From Octopus bimaculoides (Eukaryota): a stretch of DNA of 64,000 nucleotides. Shown in pieces: positions 25,321-38,972 of the stretch (position 1 is the stretch's first letter; the number at the start of each line of letters is the position of its first letter). Location of the stretch: NCBI RefSeq assembly GCF_001194135.2, contig NC_068984.1, positions 69,664,729 through 69,728,728 on the forward strand, written 5' to 3'. The position numbers and the translations under genes were made by a program. The notes below the pieces were generated by a model. The model searched no databases. It was not told where the DNA came from and saw only the letters and a list, made by a program, of their open reading frames with translations.

Positions 25321-27599
25321 CCAAAGGATCAGAGGAATGAAAAAACCCAACTCCCAAATCACTAGAATATGGTATTCTTCACCACCAACTTATAGGCCAT
25401 AACTAAATTCAAGCCATATGTACCATTAACCTTTTGGCTAGCAAACCATCATCTTAATGACTCAGCTAATTGCTACTATCATTATCATTGATCGAATGAA
25501 TTGTAATTGCATCTTTTAGTTTCATAATGAATATAGTATATTAACTCAATGTATTCATAGATACTTCACTTTATTATATCACTGAAAAATATTTCCTTCA
25601 GATTAATGAAATTAATAATTTAATAATAACAAATAACTTCATAAATGACTAATAATTCAATTATTTATTTAGCAGTAGTAAGAGTGTTTTAATAGTCACT
25701 CAGTCAACTTCAATTTATCTTTTTAATGTAACATTTCTATTTTTGTACCATTCATTACATCATGTGTTATTTTGATGTAATTTATTATTAAAATATTGGA
25801 ATATTCATTTCATAGGTAATATTTTACAATGTCTTTTTTTTTTTTACACGGTCCCAAGAATTTATATTAACAGTCCATGGATTTATTACATAGAAGATTT
25901 AATAAATATGTTCCTGCCTTGACATAAAATCCTATAATAGCATCAACATATTACAAAATTTTTCTCATCTGTCAATTTTTAGTTTTTATTTCTCAAAAAA
26001 AAAAATCAAGGTTTAGAAAGAAAAAATAACATCCTTGTATTTATTTCCTATCCCATGATATGAAGCATAAAGCTATGAAAAAAAACTGACGAAAACAAAA
26101 ACAAAACAATATGCCAAGATGTCTTTCAGTCATTTCTCGCATCCCTGTAAAACTTGAACAAAATCCAATAGCAGATTTTTGAAGCAAGTCACGCTAGGGT
26201 TTTCCATAGTTAAACAGTTGTATGCAATCCATAACCAGTGATGTAGTAATCAATAAGATTTATGCAATCTATACTGTAACATCCAAATGTTTAAAATACA
26301 TGGTGTACCTAACTTTGACTTCCTTCAGTGAAGGGGGGGGGAGGATGGTGAGAGTGACACGGGGATAGGAGAAAGAGAAATAGAGAGAGAAATAGAGCAA
26401 GACAGAAAGAAATTGAGAGAGAGAAAGAGAGACAGATAGATAGAAAGAATGAGAGGAAGGGAAAAAGGGTGGTAAGAGATTTTTCTGAATGATTAAGATA
26501 TAAATATATATGTTGAGTGTAGTTACAGTAGAGAGAGAGAGAGAGAGAGTAAGAGAGAGAAAGAATGACATCAGCTATAACTGAGTTAACACTGTTGAAA
26601 ATACTTGAAAATCACATAACAAGAAAACAAAATTATTCAAACAAATATCTCTCTCTCTCTGTTTTTCTCTCATTGCAGTTATAATTCATATGAATAGTAT
26701 GAGAATATTTTGAAATATTTAGCATATCTGCAAAAATAAGTAGAATGTGTGTGGTTAGATAGGTGATCTTCTGCCAATTTTATTCTAAAGTGTATGGATA
26801 TATGTTGAAGTAAATAAAAAGGTTTCTTTTTCCATTGTGAATATGCAAGCCATATAAGACTCTAAATGAAAGCAGAATTTCCTGGATGAGTAGGTGCTTA
26901 CTGGTAATGTTCATAGATATTAACCATGCAGTGTGTGTGTGTAGGTTCAGCTGTTTAGTTCCAGGTGGCACAATTGTGGTGTATATATTACCGGCTTCTA
27001 GCAATTTGGGTTTAAATCCTGCTGAAACCAACTTTCACTTTCATTCTCTCTCCTCTCCCACTTTCCTTATCTCTCTATGTCTCTCTCCCCATCTCTTCCC
27101 TCTTCCCTCCTCTTCATATTTCACTCTCCCCCTTCATTCCCTCTCTTCCCCTCTCAGCCAATTCTCCTTTTTCCTCCTTCAATCTTTCCCTCCCTCATAC
27201 TTCCACCTTCTCCTTATCTCTCCCTCTCTCTCCCCCCACTTCTCTCATTCTGACTCTAAGTTCTGCTGAGACCAACTCTTTACCTTTTATCCTAACAGGA
27301 TTGATAGATAAAGGATTTTGGCCAGGATTGATGAAACCTTCTCTGCTTCCATTTGTTACATACTAGATGTTCCGTTAGGTCAAGGGTGGCAGGACTTAGA
27401 CAATCTCTGTATCTGCTCTTGACTACCTGGACATTTGAAACGATTAACCAGCATGATACATGCTGCCAACTCATCTTTGATTGCATCTGGCAGCTGTAGA
27501 ATTGTTTTCATCCTTCTGATGCAACGTGTTACATAAATGCAATTCTTATTGAGCCTTTATCAAACTAACAGACCCAAGCGAATATCACTAATAACTTCT

Positions 27600-27835
27600 A
27601 ACTTTTACATGCTTCAGCCATTAGAATGTGGCCATGCTGGGGCACCACCTTCAATTTTTGTGCTAGTTTTTTTTTAAACCTGGTACTTATTCTATCAGTC
27701 TCTTTTGCCAAATTGCTAAGTTGTGGGAACATAAACATCGGTTGCCAAGTGGTAGAGGCGGGGACATATACTGACACAAAGACACACACACATAATACAT
27801 AAATACATACACACACACACACACATATGTGTGTG

Positions 27836-27885
<50 letters not shown>
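27600..27885 (-). mobile_element. SINE family A, 3' part, running into (TA)n and gap 27886-27960
   Basis: gccatgctggggcaccacc..tacttattctatcagtctcttttgcc. Confidence 0.75.
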
Positions 27886-27960
27886 NNNNNNNNNNNNNNN
27901 NNNNNNNNNNNNNNNNNNNNNNNNNNNNNNNNNNNNNNNNNNNNNNNNNNNNNNNNNNNN

Positions 27961-28295
27961 GAGCGAGATGAGCGTGGCCTTTGCCAGTACCGCCTGACTG
28001 GCCTTTGTAGGGTTTTCGAGCGAGATCGTTGCCAGTGCCCCTGGACTGGCTCTTGTGCGGGTGGCACATAAAAGACACCATTTCGAGCGTGGCCGTTTTC
28101 GTGCGGGTGACACGTAAAAGCACCCACTACACTCTCTGAGTGGTTGGCGTTAGGAAGGGCATCCAGCTGTAGAAACTCTGCCAAATTAGATTGGAGCCTG
28201 GTGTTGCCATCCGGTTTCACCAGTCCTCAGTCAAATCGTCCAACCCATGCTAGCATGGAAGGTGGACGTTAAACGATGATGATGATGATGATGAT
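27961..28295 (+). mobile_element. Young RTE-tail repeat (SINE or LINE 3' end) with (GAT)n tail
   Basis: CpG-rich; gtaaaagcacccactacactc..catccagctgtagaaactctgcc..CCATGCTAGCATGG..gacgttaaac(gat)n. Confidence 0.85.
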
Positions 28296-28306
28296 ATGCA
28301 TACATT

Positions 28307-29111
28307 CAGGGTGTGGTGAATAAATTATCATCTAAATTATGCAAAAATGAAAATAACACTAACATTTCATTTTAATAGATATATTTACCAAAATTACATA
28401 GAAATATCTTGAGATACTAAAGAGTAAATTCATTCAATGAAATCACCATTCACTTCAGCCACAGCCTTCAGATGACTTTGGAATCTCCTGCAGCTCTTCT
28501 GGATGCTCTCCCCATTTAAGTTGATGTATGTTGCCATAATCCTTGCCTTCAGTTCATCTTTGGTGTTGTTAAGAAGTTTTGTCAGTCTCTCAATCAACTG
28601 CACCCTACACGTAATAATCAAGGGGATTGCAGACTGGACAGTTATGTGGACAGATGTTAGGAGTGATGTGGTTGCAGCAATGACTGGGTTCATCTGACAG
28701 CCAGGACTGGGTTCTTCTGCTTGTGTGGCATGGTGCAGAGTCCTGTTGCCAGACATAAGGTCTTCCAGCAGCCACCCTCTTGACCCAGGGGTGCACTACC
28801 ACCTCCAGGCACTTGACGTAGGCCTTCGTGTCAAGTTTAAGGCCATGTGAGAAGTTGAATGGAGGCATGACGTCAACATAACTAGTGATCACTCCAAACA
28901 CTCTGAAATATTTGTATTGGAGCTTCTAGCACGACTGCCAAGCAGTACAGCATGTCATTTCTACTTTTATGGCAGAGTGAATTGCATCATCATGCTGACT
29001 TTCTCACAGATGGTGCCCAACTGCCCCTACCATACTGCGTAGTTGACAAACCCCAAAATAAACAATGCACATGTGTAAAATCACAATGGTGACAATTTAC
29101 CCATTGCACCC

Positions 29112-29113
<2 letters not shown>
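28307..29113 (-). mobile_element. Tc1/mariner, maT (DD37D)-like, internally deleted, both TIRs present
   Basis: YVWQQDSAPCHTSRRTQSWLS..CNPLDYYV..KDELKARI..VNGDFIE*; imperfect ~26-bp TIRs starting CAGGGTG at 28307 and (reverse) 29113. Confidence 0.88.

Positions 29114-29114
<1 letters not shown>

Positions 29115-29175
<61 letters not shown>
29115..29175. repeat. (TA)n microsatellite
   Basis: Direct reading. Confidence 0.97.
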
Positions 29176-29177
<2 letters not shown>

Positions 29178-29292
29178 CTTTGAAATCTGATTCTGAAGGA
29201 ATGTTTTGTGAACTAGCATATATATACATATGTAAATTTACTTGGAAATGGATGCATCATGTTCAATTGAATAATAAATTGTAAACAATACA

Positions 29293-29540
29293 TCTATATA
29301 ATAAAGCTGAATGTCTGTGTGTCTGTACATCGATAGGACGAAAGGGAATAAAAGATACAGAGAGACAAAGTATGTATTCTCATGTAAAATTTTACGAGAA
29401 AGATGATGAGCTACATAAAATTTACCTTTCATTGTGATTAGGGGGTTTAAAGGGGGTGAAGCACCCCCTGTGAATTTTCAAATAACCTCCGATTTCAAGG
29501 AAAATAACATAACTACTAGGTACTAAATAAAGACGATTTC
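29293..29540 (+). mobile_element. Non-autonomous Helitron-like 5' fragment
   Basis: A|TCTATATAATAAAGCTGAATGTCTGTGTGTCTG start; no 3' hairpin/CTRR found. Confidence 0.55.
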
Positions 29541-29739
29541 CAAAACTTCACCATCTTAGGATATTATCTAACCATATTGTCATTGAATGCTCAAAATGAG
29601 GAGTAGAGATACAGCCAACAACTGATGAAGGGTCCTTTCTCTGTGTTTACTTGCCTTGTTTTCCATTTTTCCTTGTTGTTTGTGTATTTCATGTTATTTG
29701 CACTGTTGGTGATGGCCTGTACCCATATATGCATGTATA

Positions 29740-29930
29740 TATACATACATACATACATATATATGTACAACGGGCTTCTTTCAGTTTCCTTCTATTAAAT
29801 CCACTCACAACGCTTTGGTTAGCCTGAAGCTATAACAAAAGATACATGCCCAAGATGCCACATAATGGGACTGAACCTGGAACCATGTGGTTGGGAAGCA
29901 AGCTTCTTACCACACAGCCACACCTGCATA
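29740..29930 (-). mobile_element. SINE family A, 5' half
   Basis: gggcttctttcagtttcc..gggactgaacctggaaccatgtggttgggaagcaagcttcttaccacacagcca. Confidence 0.8.
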
Positions 29931-30479
29931 CAAATACTAAAATTTGTATGAAACCAAATTCCAACTACACCCCATCATTTTACCTGTATAATCTCTAAAA
30001 TGCCAGTATATAATTATTTTTAAATATGTGAATGCAGATATCTGCCTCATACATAAGAGGTATAACTGTTCACTATTAGTTATTCTTACTTCCTTTTTGA
30101 AGTACTGCCAAGTATGTTCTGCTCTTCTTAGCCTTAGTCACATAGGTGCAATGGATCTGCGTAATTGTTAGGAAAGGTGTTATTAATAAAATATCCAACT
30201 GTTTATAGTATTGTTCTTAACATTTGCCCAGTTATTAGAAAAACAGAAAGCAGTAGATTAGCAGAATTGTTTGAGAGGTAGACAAAATACTTAGTAGTGT
30301 TTAATTATGGAGCTTTTCATTCTGCATTCTATCCTGGCTGAATTTGCTTTCCTTTCTTCTGGAGTTAATAAGCTAAGTCAAGTACTTGGGCTAATTGAAT
30401 TGAATGTTTCTTTCCCCAAAATCTGTGATCTTGTACTGATTTTAGAATTCATTATTTAATTAGCTCTTCCAATTACATT

Positions 30480-31260
30480 CCTTACAGAATCCTTGTCACC
30501 ATCATTGTTGTAACCACCATCATCGTCATCATTACTATTATCCTTATCGTTGTCATTGTCATCATTGCAGTTGTCATTGCAATCATAGTTGTCATCATCA
30601 TCATAACTTAGTCTCTTGCTCTCAGTAAGAAGGAGTTGTCTGATTTTGTCACCAGTATAGATGTTTTGTCCACTTGTCTGTGAGCACTTGCTGTTATCAA
30701 GGCAAACTTTCCCTGCTCCTAAAGGTTTCAGCAACCTATCTTCTGTTACTGGCAACTATTGTAGTCAATACTCCCTTTAGATATCATCCAATCTCATCAC
30801 ATTAGTTCATACTGGCTCATTTGTCTCTTTTACACACGTCAGCAGATCTTTAATTTCCACTTGCCTTTTCATCTTCCATGCTTCTCTTCGTGTGAGTTAA
30901 ATGATCCCTATTCATCTTATTATAGGAAATTTATTTCTCTACATCCTTTGCAGATCAGCATTTAACTCCAATGGCATTTTCCCATATCTGTTGGCATGTT
31001 AGACTACTGAAGATTCCGACAGTCTTCCTTTTGCATTGAAAGACAAAAGACTTTATTGTCAATTGATGTAATGGCTCACTAAAACTCTTCTTACCCATTC
31101 TTGTACAAGCTAGATTCATGTCCAGCAATAATTATAGCCAACAAACAGGTTTCAGAAAAGCCCTTGGAATTCTAATGTTGCTATGCATGAAGATAAAAAT
31201 TATATCCCAGTTTAGTTCCCAAGGCTATTGATGTGATTTCTGATGCCTGCTGACCCTTTC
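30480..31260 (-). mobile_element. Possible very old RTE-like 3' end with decayed (GAT)n tail
   Basis: Weak motifs (GHES; NVMRLDD) followed on the minus strand by GAT/GAC-rich low-complexity sequence. Confidence 0.3.
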
Positions 31261-31529
31261 CTATGCTTTACCCAAAAACTGCTGAGGAAGAAATGAAAAA
31301 TTGTTTCTAAAGCATTCTGTTAAGAAAATCCTTCTATTCCCATTCCTTTCTCTTTAATCTTTCTATATGTTCATATATTTGTGCAAATATGATTTGCTTT
31401 CTTGCTATTTGGAGCTTTACACAAGGCAATCACTCAGTCTATGCTGGTATGACTCACTCCAGGAATGATCTGACTAATATGTAATGTTCAGATAACCAGA
31501 GAAAAAAAATCATATACTATTCAAAAGTA

Positions 31530-31870
31530 TGCCTGTGTGGTAAGAAGTTTGTTTCTCAACTACATTGCTTGAGGTTCAGTCCTACTGTGTGGCCTCAGGC
31601 CAACCAAAACATTGTGAGTAGATTTTGGTAGATGGAAACTGAAAGAAACCTGTCATGTATGTGTGTGGGTATCTTATGCTTCTTTCCCACCACTATGTAA
31701 CGACAGGTGTTTGTTTATGTCATTGTAACTTAGTGGTTTTGCAATAGAGAACAGTAGAAAAAGTCTCTGATTTAAAAATAAGTACTGAGGTCAATGTGTC
31801 TGACTAAAGCCCTTCCAGGCAGCACTCTAGCATGGCAACAGCTCAATGACTGAAACAAATGATGAAAGAT
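31530..31870 (+). mobile_element. SINE family A
   Basis: gtgtggtaagaagtttgtttctcaac..ggttcagtcc..ctctagcatggcaacagctcaatgactgaaac. Confidence 0.75.
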
Positions 31871-32128
31871 AAACTCTATCAGATGTATTGAGTACACTTT
31901 TCGTTGTTTTCAGCTGTATACACATACACATATACCATGTACTCACACACACACAGATATATACATATACACACAAAACTATGTCGGTGTGATTACAAAG
32001 TACAAGGTTTGGGATCAGTCCCACTATATGACGCAAGAATAAATATCTTCTTTTTGTAGCCTTGGGTTAAACACTACCTTGTGAGTAATATTGGCAGATG
32101 GACACAGAAAAGTCTAATATGTGTGTGC

Positions 32129-32182
<54 letters not shown>

Positions 32183-32554
32183 ATGTCTGTCTGAGTGTAC
32201 ATGTGTGTGTGTGAATATTATTCTGCATCTTGCTTACCTTTTTATTGCAAAATAACCCTTAGTTTTGTTTTAGATGTGTGAGGTTTGACTTTATCAATAA
32301 TATAAACGATGATTTCATATACAAAAGTAACTAAAGTTCAAGGGACATTCACTGTGAATATTATTAGTTTGATGCTAGAAGAAAATGTTATAAAGTTAAG
32401 AGAAAATGTACGATATTTTGGGCAGAGTCCAAGAGAAAAGTCCAGAGAAGAGAAAGAATGAAGAAAGAGGAAAGTGAGATAGGAACAGAGAGTGAAGAAA
32501 GAAACATATGTGTAGCTCATGTGTTTGATCACTAACTGGAAGTTTGTGGTTTTT

Positions 32555-32724
32555 AAGACAAGAGAGTGCTTAGACAGGCTGTTTGGTAAAAAGCTTGCTT
32601 CCCAATCACATGGTACTAGGTTCAGTCCCACTGCATAGCACCTTTGGTAAGTATCTCCTACTATAGCCTTCGGATCAACCAAAGCTTTGTGAATGGAATC
32701 GGTAGACAGAAACTGAAAGGAAGC

Positions 32725-32735
<11 letters not shown>
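32555..32735 (+). mobile_element. SINE family A, 5' half, followed by (TA)n, gap 32759-33130 and (GATA)n
   Basis: aagcttgcttcccaatcacatgg..ggttcagtcccactg..aactgaaaggaagccc. Confidence 0.75.
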
Positions 32736-32758
<23 letters not shown>

Positions 32759-33613
32759 NNNNNNNNNNNNNNNNNNNNNNNNNNNNNNNNNNNNNNNNNN
32801 NNNNNNNNNNNNNNNNNNNNNNNNNNNNNNNNNNNNNNNNNNNNNNNNNNNNNNNNNNNNNNNNNNNNNNNNNNNNNNNNNNNNNNNNNNNNNNNNNNNN
32901 NNNNNNNNNNNNNNNNNNNNNNNNNNNNNNNNNNNNNNNNNNNNNNNNNNNNNNNNNNNNNNNNNNNNNNNNNNNNNNNNNNNNNNNNNNNNNNNNNNNN
33001 NNNNNNNNNNNNNNNNNNNNNNNNNNNNNNNNNNNNNNNNNNNNNNNNNNNNNNNNNNNNNNNNNNNNNNNNNNNNNNNNNNNNNNNNNNNNNNNNNNNN
33101 NNNNNNNNNNNNNNNNNNNNNNNNNNNNNNNATATATATATATATATAGATAGATAGATAGATAGATAGATATATAACTATGTATATATGCATTTATGTG
33201 TGTGTGTCTTTGTGTTTGTGTTTGTTTGTAAAAGAGTGTTAGAGGAGTGGGATCCTTCCCTGGATTATGTTATACCATTAGATTATTTCACAGAGTATAC
33301 TCAATACTTACTCTTTGTTATGCCATCTTACCTGGAGAACAGATTGCACCAGGAAGAACATCGAGATATAAAAATCTGCCTCAATATGTATAATCCAACT
33401 CATGCTCCATAGAAAAATGGATGTGAAACACTCATTAAGGAATGAGCATGTGCAAAGTATCTTGCTTCTGCCATTAGACCGTGTCCATACTAGGGTTCTG
33501 CTTGGAATGATTTTAATCATTGATATTGATACTAGTAATATTTCTGTCTTTATCATTACAAGTTTCAGCTGGAGAGCTGCAGCCATGCTGGGTGAGTGCT
33601 GTTAAATAACAAA

Positions 33614-33685
33614 TTCCTACATCAGGGATTGAGCCAGGGCCACCTAGGTGAAAGCCAGGAATCCTAATCTCTAGACCACTTATAC
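33614..33685 (-). pseudogene. tRNA-Glu(TTC) pseudogene
   Basis: Minus strand TGGTCTAGAGATTAGGATTCCTGGCTTTCACCTAGGTGGCCCTGGCTCAATCCCTGATGTAGGAA aligns to eukaryotic tRNA-Glu from position 8; 5' acceptor strand lost; T-loop GTTCGA changed to GCTCAA. Confidence 0.85.
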
Positions 33686-34119
33686 ATTTTAAGCTTGGTT
33701 ATTATTTCATAACTATGTTTATTACACCACAAGTTACCAGGCATAAACACTGACAGCAGTTTTTCAAGTAGGTTAAGTATAAAAGCTGACAATGTCATAT
33801 ATGAGAACATGCATTCATACATACACATGAGTGCATGTGCACACACACACACGCACACATGCAAATCATAGCCATGACTTGCAGATGAACATGACCTGTT
33901 TAGTATGTAACATGCTTTTCACATTGTTTTAGGTGCCTACGTAGTTGCATACACACACAGGCACCCTTTTGAGCCTCCCACTCTTAATCCCAGCAGAATA
34001 TTGAAGATGTGCAAGCTGTTGGGAGAAAAAGCTGCACCAGTACTTGGCTGGTATTCATTCTTCAGCTTTGTAGACTGGAGCAATGTGAGATAAAGTATTT
34101 TGCTAAATGACAGAATGGT

Positions 34120-34310
34120 TTCAAATTTTGGCAAAAGGCCAGCAATTTCGATGATGGGGTAAAGCCAACCACATTGACTCCAGTGCTCAACTAGTACTCA
34201 TTTCATCAGTCCTGAAAGACTGAAAGGCAAAGCTGACCCCAGTACAATTTGAACTCAAAATGTAAACATGGTTGCCTGGTTGTGCTAACGATTCTTTCAG
34301 CGCACTGTGA
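34120..34310 (-). mobile_element. SINE family B, decayed
   Basis: ttttggcaaaaggccagcaatttcg..aaaggcaaagctgacccc..tttgaactc. Confidence 0.65.
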
Positions 34311-35365
34311 CATAATGCCATCAAATTATCCAGAAAATGAACTCACAATCTCATGATAGTTATCTCAATATACTAACCATTAGGCTATGTACCTTCAGTT
34401 TATACATACATGTATACACAGAACAGATTTACAGAGAAGTTCTGTCTATTTCATTCATAAGGCTTTGGTCAGACTGGAGCTTGAGTAAAAGACATCAAAG
34501 TAACCTTCTGAGTCCATAACCATATCCGTGCAAATCTCTATCCATCTATCTATCTATTTATTTATCTATCTATCTATCTATCTATTTATCTATCTTACAT
34601 ATTCACACACACACATACATGATTCTCTGATTTGTTTTAGTTCCCACATCAAGACCATGATGGTAGGGGTTGGGGGTAGAGGGAGAAAGAGAGAGATAGA
34701 GGAAGTAATTCATAGACAGTTTTACTTGCTATAGTATTGTACATAACCTTTATATATTAACTTATGCAAAGAATTTAATTAACAGAAAATAGATAGCACT
34801 TGTTTAAAACTTATATAACTAGTGTACTAACCTAAGATAAAACCAGTTAATTCTTTATTCAAATAACATTCCTATCAGATTTGTGACACATATAAGCACA
34901 GTAAGAAATTATGTTCTCCTATTTCCTTCTATAAATAAAGGATGAATTAAAAATTAACAGTTACTTATTTTCTTTTAATTTTACTACAACTTCTTTTGAA
35001 TGCACACATATTTTTCAACACTTTTTGATATTGTTTGTTTTTACTTCTCTTGCTGTAAGCTAAAACTGATAAAAGAATACATAGGAATTTATTTCTGTCA
35101 GAATACCATAAACATTTTACTTTTGCTATTTGATAAGATTTCAATCTGTTTATATTTTATATGGTTCTTTTTTTCTCATTTTTTATATTTTTTCCCATCT
35201 ATTTTTGCAAATATATTCAGTTGCTTTTTTTTGTTTTTGATATTCTTCTTACACAGCTTTCTGATACAGAAATACAACTCATATTTTAGATTTTCAGATA
35301 AAGACACCTTACTGTTTCACAAGCTGGCATCAATATGTGACATCGACTAATCTATGTGCACTTAC

Positions 35366-35465
35366 CTTTACTGTAAGCATTCTTCAAACTTTGGTGTATT
35401 CCAGCTGCTCTCCATCTTTTGCTGTTTGAGTATTTCACAGAAACAAGATCTGTCATCATAGACAT
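35366..35465 (-). CDS. Candidate internal exon (100 nt) of an unidentified host gene
   Basis: ttttcattcag| ... AAAG|GTAAGTG; frame 0 open (MSMMTDLVSVKYSNSKRWRAAGIHQSLKNAYSK); no homology recognised. Confidence 0.3.
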
Positions 35466-37854
35466 CTGAATGAAAATCTTAACTCCTTGATGCATGAATG
35501 ACTTAAAGACGCATAGACTGCCAAGGCTGCAGAGACTGCAGTGCATTGCGTGTGAATTATATGGCAGAAATGCATTCATAAATTTAACCTTCCCCACTCC
35601 TCTCACTCACTCAAATCCATTTTTTCTCTTTTTATTATAATTTTTCTTTTACATTGGAAACTATATGCTAAACAATATTTATTTTCTTTTTTAAATATCT
35701 ATATGTTTCTATTTTGATACAAATACTCATGTCTTTAGAAATACTGACATATATCTGACTACTTATATGAACTCTTTCTATATGATTAGGTTTTCAATAA
35801 TCAAAACACACACAAGTACAAAAGTTGAATTCTTACTGTATATGTTAACAAGTACTAAGGGAAAATTTACCGCACCAAATTCCTTCACCATGTGATAAAT
35901 ACATTTTCAGCCAGATATTCAAATTGGAAGAAGTATAATATAAACTTTTCAATTATTGTTTTCATATTTGATTTTTTTCTCCTTTGGAAGATAGTGTTGA
36001 TGATGATTGAAATTATGGAGTGGTGTTCTCACGACAGCAATATTCTGATTTGTCTTTGTTGTTTTTTCTTTCTTTTACAGTTGAATTTTATAGAAAATTG
36101 AGACAGTTACTTTAAATAGATATAATTACAGTGTATTAATTTATAATGAAATAGGAATTCAGGTAGTTATTGCTGGCACAAAACTTTGATTTCTAATGAT
36201 GCTGAAAATGGAAAAGTAAGGAAAAGTTGATATGAAGCTAAGTCATGTAATAATTCTGTTTCCTAAAATTTTCCTAATTGCAGTTCGTGTCTCCTTTCAG
36301 GTGTCATAATAAGCAGAGAAATCATATAGAATGCTCTCCACCCACACCAAAGGACAAAATATCATGCTCATTGGTTAATGAAGAATATACTTAACCAATT
36401 TCATTACTATTTCTCAACTGTCATTCCTCTGTTTAGAGATTTTAATTAATTTTAAATATTAAAAAAATATTAAGAATTTCATAAAGTAAATTTCCATTCT
36501 TATTCATAATTATAATGGAAGGGTTTAATTTAAAAATGAACACATTAATATTAAAGGTTTTGTATCATGTAACCAGAGATAGTTCCATGCAGATTGATGT
36601 TAAAAGTGTTAACTGAGAGAAGCCAAGAAATAGCTTAATTCATAAGAGTAGGTTAAATAATAGAAGCCAATAAGTGGTTTAAACACCTAATTTCTTAAAA
36701 CCAGTATTTTCATTTACATTTAAATCATGGCATTTTATCACTTTAAGTCCCTCGAATACATAATTGGAATTTTAAACTATGGTCATCTGGGATTGAAATA
36801 GTTTCCTATTTAGATGGACATTTATCTGTATCATTAACCAGGCAATGATCAATGTGTGTATTGAATGACAAGTACTAAAAGTTTTCCTCTCAAAAAAGTG
36901 GAAAGAAGGCAGAAATGCTGAACTGTGGAAATATATGTTGGTATGTAGGCCAAACCATCATAATGGAATTAATTATGTTCTCTGGCAAAGCAGTGCAGTG
37001 GGACTTAAATTATTTACATATTGACTGCAAGCCTTAACAAATTAGTATTGGATTCCTTGTCTACTAGAGCCCCAGCATAACTACCCAATATGTCCATGCT
37101 TTAAGGTGGCCCAATATGTAGGAAAGTATGAGTCTGGACTTGTACTAATTCTGCACATTTTGCTTGCATTTTTTAAGATCCACATTGGCTAATGTCTTTC
37201 TAAAGAAGTTTCTTTGAAATGATGGTGGCTAATGATTAAAATAATTAGGATAAAGTAATTTTTACAACATTAACATGTGAGCACTTCAGGTCCTAGTTGT
37301 TTAGTTGAGCACACACTTCATCTATGATATTTTCACTGACTTAAGGGACAGCACTCATTAAAAGTCTAAAATACTATATTCTCTAACATCAAAACAGCCA
37401 TCAAGCTTCCTTACCACCCAAACTGCAGCTGATTCTTTTGATCCTTTGTCAAAAAGAATCTCCCAACATTTCAAAATCTTCCTCATGAACAAAAGTAACT
37501 AATCACATTTTTATCAAAATACACTACAGGCTTCAATCTTTTTATCACATGATTTAATTATACTGGAAGAAAAGGGAAATTAGATTGACACAAGCTAAAT
37601 TAAATTAACCTTTCATGATATCACTTTTAGAAGTTTGCATGTTTTTCTTACAAAATTCACATGGTCCTTCTGATAGTTGCTGGGTTGTTATTACTCTCAT
37701 TGTGATTGAAGTAGTAGTCACAGGTTAAGCAGTAGCAATTGTCTTTTGCTTCTTACTTGGGATATTACTATTAAGAAGTGGCTGTTAGTAGCAGCAGCAG
37801 CGGTGATAGATGCTGTAATAGTAGTGACTATATCAATCACACTAGACTTGATAT

Positions 37855-38523
37855 ATTCCTAGAAAAGAATTATCCACTGTCCTTAACTGAATTACAGAAT
37901 ACAACAAGCCAAGCATACAACTTTCAGGAATTAAGGCAAACAAATGCAGAAAATACTCCCACCTATCCTAAAATCAGTGAGGCTTAAAACATCATATTCC
38001 AACAGAAATCAATGCTGAAAAAGGGCCCCAAGATGAACCAAATCTTTAAAAAATATACAATGATAAAAAGTAAAAGACAGTCCAAATCAATGAAAACAAT
38101 ACTAACAACAGCCAAAATTCCCCCAATAATAACAGCAAAAATATGTCAAAGATCCAAATGTGGTATATGTTTAAATCTGTGACAAGGATTGGAGATCTAT
38201 TTTAAACCAGAATAATACATCATAATAAAAATAATTTCACTTCTGTCTCTGAAAACCTAATCTATGCAGTTATATCCTCAGGACGTGGGGATAACCACTT
38301 AGGGGAGACCAGAACCTCCCTAAGACAATGCATGTAAATCACAAATTAAGATACCGAAATATAGACAAATAGGACTCCATGAACATATAAACATGTGTGC
38401 AGGTAGGAAACAAGCAAATTTTGCAATCTTCCCTTTATAATAATTTAGCGATTGCACAATACAACAGAAATCCATCAACAAAGAAAACTTTTATAGATAC
38501 TAACCACTTCAAAGCCTCTATGG
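37855..38523 (+). mobile_element. Penelope-like element, linker plus GIY-YIG endonuclease, decayed
   Basis: PKMNQIFKKYTMIKSKRQSKSMKTILTTAK; PKCGICLNL; NFTSVSENLIYAVISSGRGDNHLGETRTSLRQCM (cf. NLIY..C..C...YIGET). Confidence 0.8.
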
Positions 38524-38972
38524 GAGAGACAGGATAACAGTTACAAAAATTACTATGGTTTCTGCTGATGCTGCTGTCACTACAGTTCTATCATTTCTGC
38601 TACAGGTACCACTGACACTACCACCACCATTACTACTGCAACTACTACCTAAGCTGTTTCTGCTAGTGCGGCTGCTACAGTAACTACTATGGCTACCACC
38701 ATTGCTGCTACTAATACTAATAGCTACTCCTTTATGACAACATCCCAAGTAAGGTACAAAAGATAAATGTTGATACTTAAACTGTTACTACTGCAACTAC
38801 TACTACCATCACGACAACGAAAATGATGACAGTGGCTACAACGACAACATTGCAACCATCAGAAAGAAACTAACATGTGAATTTTGTAAGGGTAACATGA
38901 ACTTCCAGAACTGACGTCATGAAAGATTGATTTAATTTAATTTATTTCAATGTACTTTCCCTTTTCTTCCAG

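Noticed and set aside
30456-30755. 99-aa ORF with an Asp/Asn-rich tract
   Set aside because: The tract is a decayed (GAT/GAC/AAT)n repeat; no gene context.
38518-38860. Ser/Gly/Thr-rich ORF
   Set aside because: Degenerate trinucleotide low-complexity DNA.
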